A stretch of 64,000 nt of DNA from a virus: IMG/VR virus record IMGVR_UViG_3300014835_000095; one strand, written 5' to 3'. This document shows positions 47,776-57,801 of this stretch, piece after piece. The notes under the pieces were generated by a model. It saw nothing but the letters and a program-made list of their open reading frames with translations, made no database searches and had not been told where the DNA came from. A program made the position numbers and the translations under genes. Within the stretch, counting starts at the first letter, position 1, and each line of letters begins with the position of its first letter.

Positions 47776-48960
47776 TTATAAAGCATTCGGTGTGAGCTCT
47801 TCTGTTTGGTCATTTTGGATTTTATCAAATAGATCAATAAATGCCAATCTAGTGACTTCATCAAATCTATTGACACACAATTCAATGGATTTTTTCTTAT
47901 TTTTAAAAATACCATAAGCTTTTACGATGTGAATTAATCTGCGTGTTGTAATATTTTCATCCATAATTCCATCATTAAAACAGATGCGTATTGCATTAGC
48001 CCACCTCACCAAATCTGTTGCATACTCATCATCAACACAACCATTTTCTAACATTATATTTTGAATAATTTTTAACTCTACATTAGATTTAGGGAATTCC
48101 TGCACCATTGTAATAGCAAATCTTTCCAGGAACGACTCATTGAGAACTTGTGTTCCAATATATCTACCATCTTCACTACCTTTTCCCTTTGTATTGCCAG
48201 TTGCAAAAATATTAAACCCTGGTGCTGGAGTGATTATTTCATGCTTTAATTTAAAATAGAAATCCTTTCCTTCCATTATACCCTGAATTGCCAGGATAGA
48301 ATTTGCATTAGCTGCATCTAATTCTTCAAATACAATAATCCAACCATTTCTTAAAGCTTTTACTACTGGACCTTCTACAATTTCAACATTGCCATCTATT
48401 AAAGTTTTAGATCCAATCAATTGGTCTTCGTCAATGTGGTTATTTAAATTTATACGAATGATCGGTCTTTTTAATTTTGCACATACTTGTTCAATTGTGG
48501 TTGATTTTCCATTGCCAGATTCTCCATACACATATACCGGATAAAACATATTTGATTTGATAATTTGTTCTACATCTTTATGAATACCAAATGGCACATA
48601 ATTAGGATCTATTTTAGGAATTAGATTGGGTGATTGGTGTTCAATATTTACAGGATGTAAATGAGTAACAATTTCCAATTTGGTGGGCATAACAGCCATA
48701 TCTATAGCTGTCTGTTTAAATTCAACATCAGACAATGTAAGCATAGGTTCCAGACTTAATGTTGGTTTAACATATCCAGGCAAAGCGTAAATACCTCTAG
48801 TAATGGTATTTTTGGGTTCAAGAAACCAATGTTTTTTATAATCATCCGACAAATTAAGGATACTAAGAATTTGTGATCTTGTTGCTGTTTTAGTATTTTT
48901 TGTTTCTGGGTGAATCTTATATATCAATTCTAATGCTACATTTCTCATAATATTTCTCAT
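47776..48960 (-). CDS. MoxR/CobS-like AAA+ ATPase
   Basis: GESGNGKS, FEELDA, ATGNTKG, LNESFLERF. Confidence 0.9.
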   Translation of the reverse strand: MRNIMRNVALELIYKIHPETKNTKTATRSQILSILNLSDDYKKHWFLEPKNTITRGIYALPGYVKPTLSLEPMLTLSDVEFKQTAIDMAVMPTKLEIVTHLHPVNIEHQSPNLIPKIDPNYVPFGIHKDVEQIIKSNMFYPVYVYGESGNGKSTTIEQVCAKLKRPIIRINLNNHIDEDQLIGSKTLIDGNVEIVEGPVVKALRNGWIIVFEELDAANANSILAIQGIMEGKDFYFKLKHEIITPAPGFNIFATGNTKGKGSEDGRYIGTQVLNESFLERFAITMVQEFPKSNVELKIIQNIMLENGCVDDEYATDLVRWANAIRICFNDGIMDENITTRRLIHIVKAYGIFKNKKKSIELCVNRFDEVTRLAFIDLFDKIQNDQTEELTPNAL

Positions 48961-49074
48961 TTTGTGTGTGTTTGTTGTAATAATTGTAGGCCATTAAGCT
49001 CGGTTTGGATATGTACTCCCTATTTAAAGTATACGACTATTGTACAGTAAAAAGGGAGTATGTCAAATTTTATT

Positions 49075-51024
49075 TTAACATATCTGGGATATGAATTTAT
49101 TTAAAACTACTCTGCTCCTTTTATCTCGTCTCAAACATCTTCCCATACTTTTAGATATGGCCGTAGGTGTCATATTATCTTTTAATTGTAATTGAGTATC
49201 CTGGTGACCTTTTGTACTGGGAATCAGGTATAATTGATCATACACATAACTTTTACATATATATGCACCATCAGATCGTACATCTTTAAGAATTTTGTCA
49301 ATGTCCGCCATCATATGTACAGAGTTCATATAAGTTGATATAAATGAAAAAACAGTCCTCTTAGATATCGGTGTTATATAAAATCCTAAGATGGGAATAT
49401 TATATCTATCTTTTATAATAGTTAATAGCACTTTAGTTTGATCTTCCGCGTTATTATTCAGGGTATATGTTTTTTTTCTTTTAGAATCCCATATTTTATG
49501 TTTAACTCCATAGTCAGGATCTGTATATAATCTATCACTCACACCATCGGTTAATATAACTAATGACATTTTTTCTATATTATTTCCTTTAATAAAAATG
49601 TTAATGTAGTCTGTCATATATAATAACGATACATTTAAAGGTGTGTGGGTTAGTCCCATCTTGAAATTATATAACCAAGGTTTTGATAATAAAAAATCTA
49701 CCATTTTATTGAATTTCAAATTTGGCATATTGTTATTAAATAATTCCAACAAATTGAAATGTCCACCATCTATAGTTTCATGTATATTAATTTTTGTATC
49801 ACTAAACCTGGTGGTGAATGCAAACACTTGGAATTTAATATTAGCCCTTCTACAAAACATAGATAAGTTGATAACTTGTTTAACAGTATCTTCTATCATA
49901 TTATGCATAGATGCAGACCAATCTAATAAAAATATCATACCATGATTTGTATCATCTGTTACAACTTGTATAGATTTAAAAATATTATCTGTTAATCTAT
50001 ACGCATGTAATTTATTAGTATCTAAAGTTCCTGTTTTAGCTGTGACACTTCTATTATACCGTGCTGCTGATTTTTTCATTTCAAATTCTTTAACTAAAGA
50101 ATTTACATAATTATTTGAAGTTAATTTAAACTGCTTAATAGAAGTAATATTGATGTTTGGATTTGGATAAGAGTCACTTACATCAAGAATATCTTGATAT
50201 TTTATAATAGCCGATGCGTAACCATCTGTCAGCGACAAAGTATGTGTTAATGTTTTGAGATTATTATCAATAGTGTCTTTTAGGTTTTCATCAAATAGAT
50301 TCTGAGTTCTAACTTGCAAGCCATCATCTAATTCCCCCTCGTCGTCTGAACCCTTAATACCATCTAATTCTCCCTCGTCGTCTGAACCCTTAATACCATC
50401 TAATTCTCCCTCGTCGTCTGATTCCTCAATAGAATCAAAAATGGGATTGTTTTTTTTCTGCAATGTGGATTGATCTTTTTCACTCTCATAATCTGCTTTT
50501 GAATATTGATATATTTCTGCTGCCAATGCTATCACATCATTAGCAGTATCACACTTAATAACTTTATCAACTAAAAATTGCTCCTTGTTTGTAAAAATCA
50601 CACCACATGTAGAGCCAACCTTAAAATATAAATTTATACGATCTATCAAATTCAATTTAGCCAATTCCAATGTTTTAACACCAAAGAAATCTTTATCATT
50701 AAGTTCTTTATATCCAGTGTTAAAATCTTTTTTTAATCCTGGAAACATAGATTTAATCTTTTGTTCTATACGAACATCTTCTATTACATTGCGATATGGC
50801 TTAGGTGATGTTTTGTCCACAACAAGATCAAGTGGTGTAAATAAACAATGACCAACTTCATGCGCAATAAGCATTGTTTCTATTTGATCGGACATATCCT
50901 CCCATTGGGGGATTGTTAAAATGCGACTCTGAACATCAAATGATGCTGTTTGCACATTTGAATGAACAATATCAATATTTTCAGATGCTAATAATTTTGC
51001 TAATAAATCTAAGTGAACAGCCAT
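49075..51024 (-). CDS. CobT-like vWA protein with N-terminal HExxH domain
   Basis: AHEVGH; LLDWSASM MIDAS; TPLN; LTDG. Confidence 0.88.
   Translation of the reverse strand: MAVHLDLLAKLLASENIDIVHSNVQTASFDVQSRILTIPQWEDMSDQIETMLIAHEVGHCLFTPLDLVVDKTSPKPYRNVIEDVRIEQKIKSMFPGLKKDFNTGYKELNDKDFFGVKTLELAKLNLIDRINLYFKVGSTCGVIFTNKEQFLVDKVIKCDTANDVIALAAEIYQYSKADYESEKDQSTLQKKNNPIFDSIEESDDEGELDGIKGSDDEGELDGIKGSDDEGELDDGLQVRTQNLFDENLKDTIDNNLKTLTHTLSLTDGYASAIIKYQDILDVSDSYPNPNINITSIKQFKLTSNNYVNSLVKEFEMKKSAARYNRSVTAKTGTLDTNKLHAYRLTDNIFKSIQVVTDDTNHGMIFLLDWSASMHNMIEDTVKQVINLSMFCRRANIKFQVFAFTTRFSDTKINIHETIDGGHFNLLELFNNNMPNLKFNKMVDFLLSKPWLYNFKMGLTHTPLNVSLLYMTDYINIFIKGNNIEKMSLVILTDGVSDRLYTDPDYGVKHKIWDSKRKKTYTLNNNAEDQTKVLLTIIKDRYNIPILGFYITPISKRTVFSFISTYMNSVHMMADIDKILKDVRSDGAYICKSYVYDQLYLIPSTKGHQDTQLQLKDNMTPTAISKSMGRCLRRDKRSRVVLNKFISQIC
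50325..50421. repeat. 36-bp coding tandem repeat (DDEGELDGIKGS x about 2.7)
   Basis: Directly visible. Confidence 0.9.
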
Positions 51025-51087
51025 GAAATAATCCTCTATATTTAAATTGTGTACACATTATATAACAATTTGGAGGATTGTCAACTT

Positions 51088-52233
51088 TTATTTATCTTTT
51101 GGCCCAACTACATTTAGTGTCGGAGATCCAAAAGGACCACTTTTTGTTTTAGTGCGTATACCCATCATATATGTATGCTGTGATGGATCAAACGCACTAT
51201 TACCAATAGGTTTTTTTAATGCATAGATACGAGTAGTATTGCCAGAAACAATAGCATGATACCCGTGTACATGTGAGGTTAATTGATCATCTAGTTTAGT
51301 ATTCCCAGATATATGCGTAGTCCATGATATATTAGTCGTAGGTTTTCTTTTAGTATTTCCGACAATAGTTTTTGCTCTCATAATAGGATATATAGAGGTG
51401 GGTTCAAGCCAGCTTTTTATAAGTTTCTTAATTGGGTGGTTTATAGCATTTTCATGATTTATAGCATTTTCATGATTTATAGCACTACCAATTTCAATTG
51501 CTGTATTTCGCAGCATTGCTTTTTTTGACTTATGAATTTTTTGAGATATGTACCTTACAAAATCATCCTCATCATCTATCATAGATTTAAAAAGCTCATT
51601 AGATTCTTTATTAGTTCTTTTTTTTGCCGAGGTAGGCATGTAAGTCGCTGTTTCAGCGTAATGCTGATCTTGAGGTAAATCACCCACTTTATAAGCATGG
51701 TTTCCAATAATGCGATTTAAATCCCCCATCCCTGGAGATCTTGCTGTAGTTTGCCCACGATTAGATAACATTTTTGCACTACATCCAACATATGCAGTAT
51801 GATCACCACGATCATCTTTTATATTATACCCTAGCATCATATCGGCATTACTATTAGGATCATCTTTTAATTTAGTTTTTGAGTCTGGTGTCCATATAAC
51901 ACTATGTACGGATACTCCTTTAGCCTTCAATTCAGAGACTTGCGTATTGACAGAGTGTATAGATCCATTATAAATATGACGTATTTTATCATCAGTTATT
52001 CCCTGTTTAACAGTATTATACTGATTTTGTATAGATGTGACATGGTCTGGAAATTTCAGATTTGGAATTGGTTCATTGGGTCCAAGGTGAGCCAAAGCTG
52101 GATTTTTATCTATATGACTTTGCCACGCATGTAGCATAAACATCTCATGGAGCTTACCATGTTTTTCTCCATTTCCACTAGTTGATGCTTCTAATAGATA
52201 CATCTCTTTTAAGAATTGTTTGAATGTGATCAT
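51088..52233 (-). CDS. Putative internal virion protein, possible PD-(D/E)xK nuclease
   Basis: MITFKQFLKEMYLLE; HE...ADMML...GCSAK; CATAAATA at 52260-52267. Confidence 0.6.
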   Translation of the reverse strand: MITFKQFLKEMYLLEASTSGNGEKHGKLHEMFMLHAWQSHIDKNPALAHLGPNEPIPNLKFPDHVTSIQNQYNTVKQGITDDKIRHIYNGSIHSVNTQVSELKAKGVSVHSVIWTPDSKTKLKDDPNSNADMMLGYNIKDDRGDHTAYVGCSAKMLSNRGQTTARSPGMGDLNRIIGNHAYKVGDLPQDQHYAETATYMPTSAKKRTNKESNELFKSMIDDEDDFVRYISQKIHKSKKAMLRNTAIEIGSAINHENAINHENAINHPIKKLIKSWLEPTSIYPIMRAKTIVGNTKRKPTTNISWTTHISGNTKLDDQLTSHVHGYHAIVSGNTTRIYALKKPIGNSAFDPSQHTYMMGIRTKTKSGPFGSPTLNVVGPKDK

Positions 52234-52466
52234 AAATATACCCTATTACTAAATACTTCTATTTATGGCATAACTATGATTCTCTTTAAACAATTCTTAA
52301 AAGATACTTTTTGACGTAGGATACTGCTAGAACAAATATTAATATAAGAAAAATGGATTATGTATAAACATTGGTAATACATAATCCACATAGATTAAAC
52401 GATTATCTTATAAATAATCACCCTAATTGTTATTTATAATTACAACTAAAGTAACATGACCAGTTT

Positions 52467-52790
52467 TCATATTTTAAAAAGCCTAAAGGTTAGACATTTT
52501 GGTGTTTCAACTTTTTGATAATTATTTTCTTTACATATATCATCTAATTGTTTACTGATTTTAGTATTTCTAACTTTTATTTTTTCCAATTTAATTGCAA
52601 TAAACTTTTTATTATAAGTGATATAACTATTTTCAAAAATATACCCATGTTCCAGTATATCTTTAAATGTTTCTGCGCGACTTCTTTCGTAACCTGAATA
52701 TGTATGACGACTTTTATTGTTACGAACAGTATCAGTAGATTCCATATTTAATCCTATGTGTATGTGATGATTGAATAATTTATTATACAT
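52467..52790 (-). CDS. Hypothetical protein
   Basis: ORF behind the promoter at 52882-52910. Confidence 0.55.
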   Translation of the reverse strand: MYNKLFNHHIHIGLNMESTDTVRNNKSRHTYSGYERSRAETFKDILEHGYIFENSYITYNKKFIAIKLEKIKVRNTKISKQLDDICKENNYQKVETPKCLTFRLFKI

Positions 52791-52852
52791 GAATTAAAGC
52801 ATTTAGCAACTTTTAACAGAAATGATTTTAAATTGTTTAGAACAAGTAAAGC

Positions 52853-53011
52853 AACTAATCTACTTAACCCAGTACAGATATATTATAAGCCTGTTTGGAG
52901 CAAAAGTCAACCCAAAAAAGCAAATAAATATTATCATTTAATCAGGAGCAATAATGTTATCATTCAAACAATTTTTAAAAGGTGTCTACCTGGTTGAAGC
53001 TACAGCTAGAC
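52853..53011. repeat. Long direct repeat, copy 2 (divergent promoter cassette)
   Basis: Nearly identical to about 27600-27758. Confidence 0.9.
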
Positions 53012-54174
53012 ACTTTCCTTTTTTAGATCCAACAAATCAACACCATCAAGATTTGGTTGCTGCTTATAACACCGCACATTCTGCTAATGATCCATTGGTG
53101 AAAAGACACCCTGGGCAAATAAAATCTATAGCTCAGCTTGAATTAGAAGTAAAGCTACACCTTGATAAAATTCATCAGGAAAGGCGGCATGCTACAGACG
53201 ATAAAGAAGCATGGGATAGAGGAGATGTAAAGCTCATTCACCACAATACAAGAACAGGATTTAAAATATATCAACCATTTAATCAACCTGGAGTTATGGC
53301 TGCTTTATCTGATATTGGGGGAAAAAGACCTATTTGGTGTACCGGGAAACGTGATGCTGGTGCCGACATGGTGCATCATTATGATAAACCTAAACATCAA
53401 GGTGGCCCGAGTATGAGATCTTTTATATTCCATGATCCATCATCTAAAAATAAAGATCATAGGATTATTGGATCTTTTGGTGAGTTTAAAGAAGGATTAA
53501 ATAATTTCAACGGTGTCGGGAACACAGAAGTCCAACACGATGATTGGTCCAAGTATATAAAAAAACATGGATTAGATGATATTAAAGAATTGTGGGGTAA
53601 AGTTAGAGGGATTTCATTATCAGATGCTAATAAAGAAAAGTATCAGAATGAATTATCAGATAAAATAAAAATTGGAAATATAAATCCTAAAGATTTTAAT
53701 CATGCTATAGAAAATAATTATTTAACAGATGAACATGAGAAAAACTTCATTTCTAATAAAAATATTAGTTCTGATACATTAGATACACTAATAGTTCACC
53801 CAGCATTACATAAATTAATTATCTCCCATCCAAATGCTAGTGAAAATACTTTACGTACCATTGCTAGTGATACTAAAGACCCAGATGTACATAAGATGAT
53901 GATAGTAAAATCTAATGTTAGTAATATAGTTTTACATAGGATTGCCCGCAATACATCAGACCCAGAAGTACATAAGGCAATAATAGCAAAGCCTACTATT
54001 AATGATGATATTTTGAATGCTATTGCGTATAATACATCAGACCCAGAAGTACATAAGGCAATAATTTATCACCCCAAGGCTGATGGCGATGTTTTAGAGT
54101 CTGTCTCCGATAATACAGATGATCTAGAAGTGAAGAAATTGTTGGCAAAGAGATTGGAAAAAATAAAACACTAA
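52954..54174 (+). CDS. Putative internal virion protein with LRV/HEAT-like repeats (paralog 2)
   Basis: MLSFKQFLKGVYLVE; IWCTGKR; DPEVHKAII repeats. Confidence 0.8.
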   Translation: MLSFKQFLKGVYLVEATARHFPFLDPTNQHHQDLVAAYNTAHSANDPLVKRHPGQIKSIAQLELEVKLHLDKIHQERRHATDDKEAWDRGDVKLIHHNTRTGFKIYQPFNQPGVMAALSDIGGKRPIWCTGKRDAGADMVHHYDKPKHQGGPSMRSFIFHDPSSKNKDHRIIGSFGEFKEGLNNFNGVGNTEVQHDDWSKYIKKHGLDDIKELWGKVRGISLSDANKEKYQNELSDKIKIGNINPKDFNHAIENNYLTDEHEKNFISNKNISSDTLDTLIVHPALHKLIISHPNASENTLRTIASDTKDPDVHKMMIVKSNVSNIVLHRIARNTSDPEVHKAIIAKPTINDDILNAIAYNTSDPEVHKAIIYHPKADGDVLESVSDNTDDLEVKKLLAKRLEKIKH

Positions 54175-54388
54175 CTTATTGATGGATAAAGAGAAAAATC
54201 AAATAAGTACATTTAAATCATATTGTATAAAACCAACCCATAGAAATGTACTAATTGTGCAATTTAACATACTTTCATGTCTGTAAGTTATTGATTTAGA
54301 ATGAGTTAAAATTGAGTTTTTGTGGTTGTGGCAAAATATTTAGGTGGTTAACAGGTATAAATACTATTATTTAATCGGGGGGGTAATA

Positions 54389-55654
54389 ATGTTATCATTC
54401 AAACAATTTTTAAAAGAAGTATATCTAGTTGAGGCTACAGCAAAACATTTTCCGTTTTTGGATCCAACAAATCAACACCATCAAGATCTTATTGCTGCTT
54501 ATAATAGCGGCCATTCTTCTAATGACCCAGCGGTGCCAAGACATCCAGGTCAGATTAAATCTATAGAACAGCTACAAACAGCAGTTAAGCCACACCTGGA
54601 TAAGTTTCTTCAAAAAAGACAGGAAGGTGTTGATGATAAAACGGCATTTGAGTCTAGTGAAGCAAAACTAATTCATCATAATCCTGACACTGGAGTTAAG
54701 GTCTATCAGGTACATAGTCAAGCTGGATCATGTGCTGCAGGGGCTTCTAGTACATGGTGTACAGGAAAACGCAAAGCTGCTACGGATATGGTAAAATATT
54801 ATGATGAAGGAGGGAATAACTCCTTTATATTGCACTTTCCAAAAGAGTCCAAAAAGCATTTAAGAACTATTGGTGCTTATGGTAAATTTAACGGTAGAGA
54901 TAATTTTCAAGATGCTGAAAACCATACTGTTCCAGAACATGAATGGAGCAGATTAAGATCAGAACATGGATTAGATAATATTAAACATTTACAAGGTGTT
55001 GTTAGAGGAATTCCATTATCAGATGATAATAAAGAAAAACATAAAAAGGAATTATCAGATAAAATAAAAAGTGGCAATATTAAATCCGAAGATATCAGCC
55101 ATGCTATAAATAATAATTATTTAACAGATGTACATAAGATGATGATAGTAAAATCTAATGTTAGTAATATAGTTTTACATAGGATTGCCCGCAATACATC
55201 AGACCCAGAAGTACATAAGGCAATAATAGCAAAGCCTACTATTGATGATGGTATTTTGGATGTTATTGCCCGCAATACATCAGACCCAGAAGTACATAAG
55301 GCAATAATTTCTCATCCTGATGCTAGCAAGTATGTTTTAGAAAAAGTTGCTGAAAATACTGAGGATCCAGAAGTACATAAAGCAATAATTTCTCATCCTG
55401 ATGTTAGCAAGTATGTTTTAGAAATAGTTGCTAAAAAGACTGAGGATCCAGAAGTACATAAGGCAATAATTTCTCATCCTGATGCTAGCAAGTATGTTTT
55501 AGAAAAAGTTGCCAGAAAAACTAATGACCCAGAAGTACATAAGGCAATAATTTCTCATCCTGATGCTGATGGCGATGTTTTAGAAAAAGTTGCCAGAAAA
55601 ACTAATGACCCAGAAGTAAAAAGGTTAGCAGCAGAGAAAATGGAAAAAATATAA
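54389..55654 (+). CDS. Putative internal virion protein with LRV/HEAT-like repeats (paralog 3)
   Basis: Start reassigned to MLSFKQFLKEVYLVE; TATAAATA at 54356-54363; about 7 DPEVHKAIISHP-type repeats. Confidence 0.82.
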   Translation: MLSFKQFLKEVYLVEATAKHFPFLDPTNQHHQDLIAAYNSGHSSNDPAVPRHPGQIKSIEQLQTAVKPHLDKFLQKRQEGVDDKTAFESSEAKLIHHNPDTGVKVYQVHSQAGSCAAGASSTWCTGKRKAATDMVKYYDEGGNNSFILHFPKESKKHLRTIGAYGKFNGRDNFQDAENHTVPEHEWSRLRSEHGLDNIKHLQGVVRGIPLSDDNKEKHKKELSDKIKSGNIKSEDISHAINNNYLTDVHKMMIVKSNVSNIVLHRIARNTSDPEVHKAIIAKPTIDDGILDVIARNTSDPEVHKAIISHPDASKYVLEKVAENTEDPEVHKAIISHPDVSKYVLEIVAKKTEDPEVHKAIISHPDASKYVLEKVARKTNDPEVHKAIISHPDADGDVLEKVARKTNDPEVKRLAAEKMEKI

Positions 55655-55665
55655 AATATTGGTAT

Positions 55666-55695
55666 ATGGGGGGTTTAATCATCCAAACCCCCCAT
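55666..55695. terminator. Bidirectional hairpin terminator
   Basis: ATGGGGGGTTT-loop-AAACCCCCCAT. Confidence 0.75.
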
Positions 55696-55712
55696 AAGGA
55701 AATTTAGAATGG

Positions 55713-55786
55713 TGGCAGCCTCTAGTAGTTACGCTCTACTCCGTTCAGATTCAAATTCTGACATGCTACTAATACATCAAGAGGCA
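55713..55786 (-). ncRNA. Atypical tRNA-like cloverleaf, anticodon UUG (Gln-like)
   Basis: Hand-folded 74-nt cloverleaf with all four stems, G73-CCA, non-canonical D and T loops; TATAAATA at 55809-55816. Confidence 0.7.
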
Positions 55787-55851
55787 AAACACTTTCTTTT
55801 ACTATAAGTATTTATATAAATTGGGTCTAAAAAGCAGTAATTATTCCAATA

Positions 55852-56849
55852 TTAAGTGGTTGCACTTATATTAACAGTTTTTTGGTAAATAACTGTAATG
55901 TCGGAATTCTTTTTAGATGATAATGTTTGATTTGATTGGCGTTTACTACTATTTACTGAAAAGGTATTAACCTTATCAAATCTCAATTCAGTCTGATACT
56001 GTAATACATCATCATTCATATCATTTTTACCCACGTTCCAGCAAGATACTCCATTTTCAGTTAATAATATATTGCTTTTCACTATAATATCCTTTAAGAA
56101 ATAATCAATCCATTCTCTATAAGAAGAATGTGTTGATGTGGATTGAGAATTTTCATTACAATATATTTCAAGGTCAAAATATGGGGGACTTGTTAATACT
56201 AAATCCACCTTAGGTAAATTATACTTATCCATATTCATTGCATCATCTTGTATGATAGTTATTCTACCCTCAATGTCTAAGAATGATGCTAATTGTTTAA
56301 GATTATTATACGTCACAGAATTAGGTTCAAATCCTATATAATGAGCTTTTGCTGCAATAGCATCCTACCACCCCAACCGCAGCATGGGTCTAATACTATT
56401 TTGGGTTGATAAAAATCGCAGATAGATTTTGTCATTTGAGGTCTATACATTGTATTTTTAGTGAGACCGCAACAAAAGAATACTCCGAGCTTTAGTTCTG
56501 AAAGATAAGGTGTAGAATGACTTTTCCATCTTAATATCTTTATCAGATTATCTTTAGCCCAAAGATTATTGAAACTTTGTCCTTTAGTATTAGTTATATC
56601 ATAGAAATTGTGGAAAAAATGTTCACATAATTTCATACCTATTCTAGATGTAGAATTGATATTGGTTATCGCATTCTTCCACCTATTCAATTTGATCCAG
56701 TCATCTATCAATTGAGCATTGGTATATTCTGGATATATTGAAACTTTAGAAATAGCTTCGGCTAATTCTTCAATAATAGATTCAAAAAGTTCATCTGACA
56801 AATTTCTGGTTGAATGTCTAACATTTAAGTAATGATCAAGATTAACCAT
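55852..56849 (-). pseudogene. Frameshifted amino-methyltransferase (two ORFs)
   Basis: Motif I LDPCCGWGGRM and motif IV TSPPY in different frames; shifted frame continues IAAKAHYIGFEPN at about 56358. Confidence 0.8.
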
Positions 56850-57416
56850 TTATACACCTATCACATATGGTTCATTAATATAAGAGACTTTTAAATCTAC
56901 CCATAATTGATCGGACATATTTTTAACGATTTTAGCATTAAAAGTGTTAGATGTACATTTCCATCCACCATTAGTGACTACCCAATTATTGTTAGAATAA
57001 TCTAATGTGGCGGAATCAAATACAAATAGATAATATCGTTTTACTCCGGTCAACCATTCTTTTTTATTCCGTGATAGACAGAAATACTTATCATCATTAT
57101 GTTCTGATATGAATGCTATTTTTTCTTCTATTGTTTTGTATTTGGTAGTTCTAGATCCATTGATAGTTAGAGTTTTTTTCTTGAAATTATATTCTCCAGA
57201 TTTGCAGGATATTTTCCCTAGATCTTTATGAATTATATCTTTGCCAATAGTGTGTGATCGTGTAGGTGTCCACTCCGATTCATTGTTGATATCTATAAAT
57301 GATTTATGTAGAATTTCTTCCCATATTTCAGCAAATACAGGTAAATCATACAATCTATGGTGAGCTTGAATTCTTTTGTGTATCGCATCTATGTTCTTCA
57401 TAATGCTCCAAGTCAA
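56850..57416 (-). CDS. Putative restriction-type PD-(D/E)xK endonuclease
   Basis: WEE...KDII...ISCKSG; abuts the MTase gene. Confidence 0.55.
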   Translation of the reverse strand: MTWSIMKNIDAIHKRIQAHHRLYDLPVFAEIWEEILHKSFIDINNESEWTPTRSHTIGKDIIHKDLGKISCKSGEYNFKKKTLTINGSRTTKYKTIEEKIAFISEHNDDKYFCLSRNKKEWLTGVKRYYLFVFDSATLDYSNNNWVVTNGGWKCTSNTFNAKIVKNMSDQLWVDLKVSYINEPYVIGV

Positions 57417-57726
57417 ATATAAGAATATACATTATAATCTAATATGAGATAAAAGTCAATAGCTATTTTTTTTGTTATTTGGGCGGTTGATTTGGAGAAG
57501 AACACTTGGCAAATTGTGAACTTATGCCACATTAGATATGTAAGAAGAATTCAGGGTATCTAAATCAAAGAGGTTACTCGGTGAAATTTAAATTCTTATA
57601 AATAGATCAATGAAAGAAGAAACTATTTTAGAAGGGCAACATCATTTGTAATGAGAACAAATACAAAATCATTCAAAGATATCGATGTGATGTAGATGAT
57701 GAAAGTTTAATTGATTTATAAAACAT

Positions 57727-57801
57727 TGGTGAACCGACAGGGATTTGAACCCCGATTTTGCATCTTATGAGGATGGTACATTACCATTATGTTATCGGTT
57801 C
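57727..57801 (-). tRNA. tRNA-Met or Ile2 (CAT)
   Basis: GAACCGA/TCGGTTC acceptor, CTCATAA loop, TTCAAAT T-loop, CCA; one C-C mismatch in the anticodon stem. Confidence 0.88.

Noticed and set aside
51432-51483. 18-bp duplication (ENAINH x2)
   Set aside because: Real but a minor in-frame slippage event with no further structure
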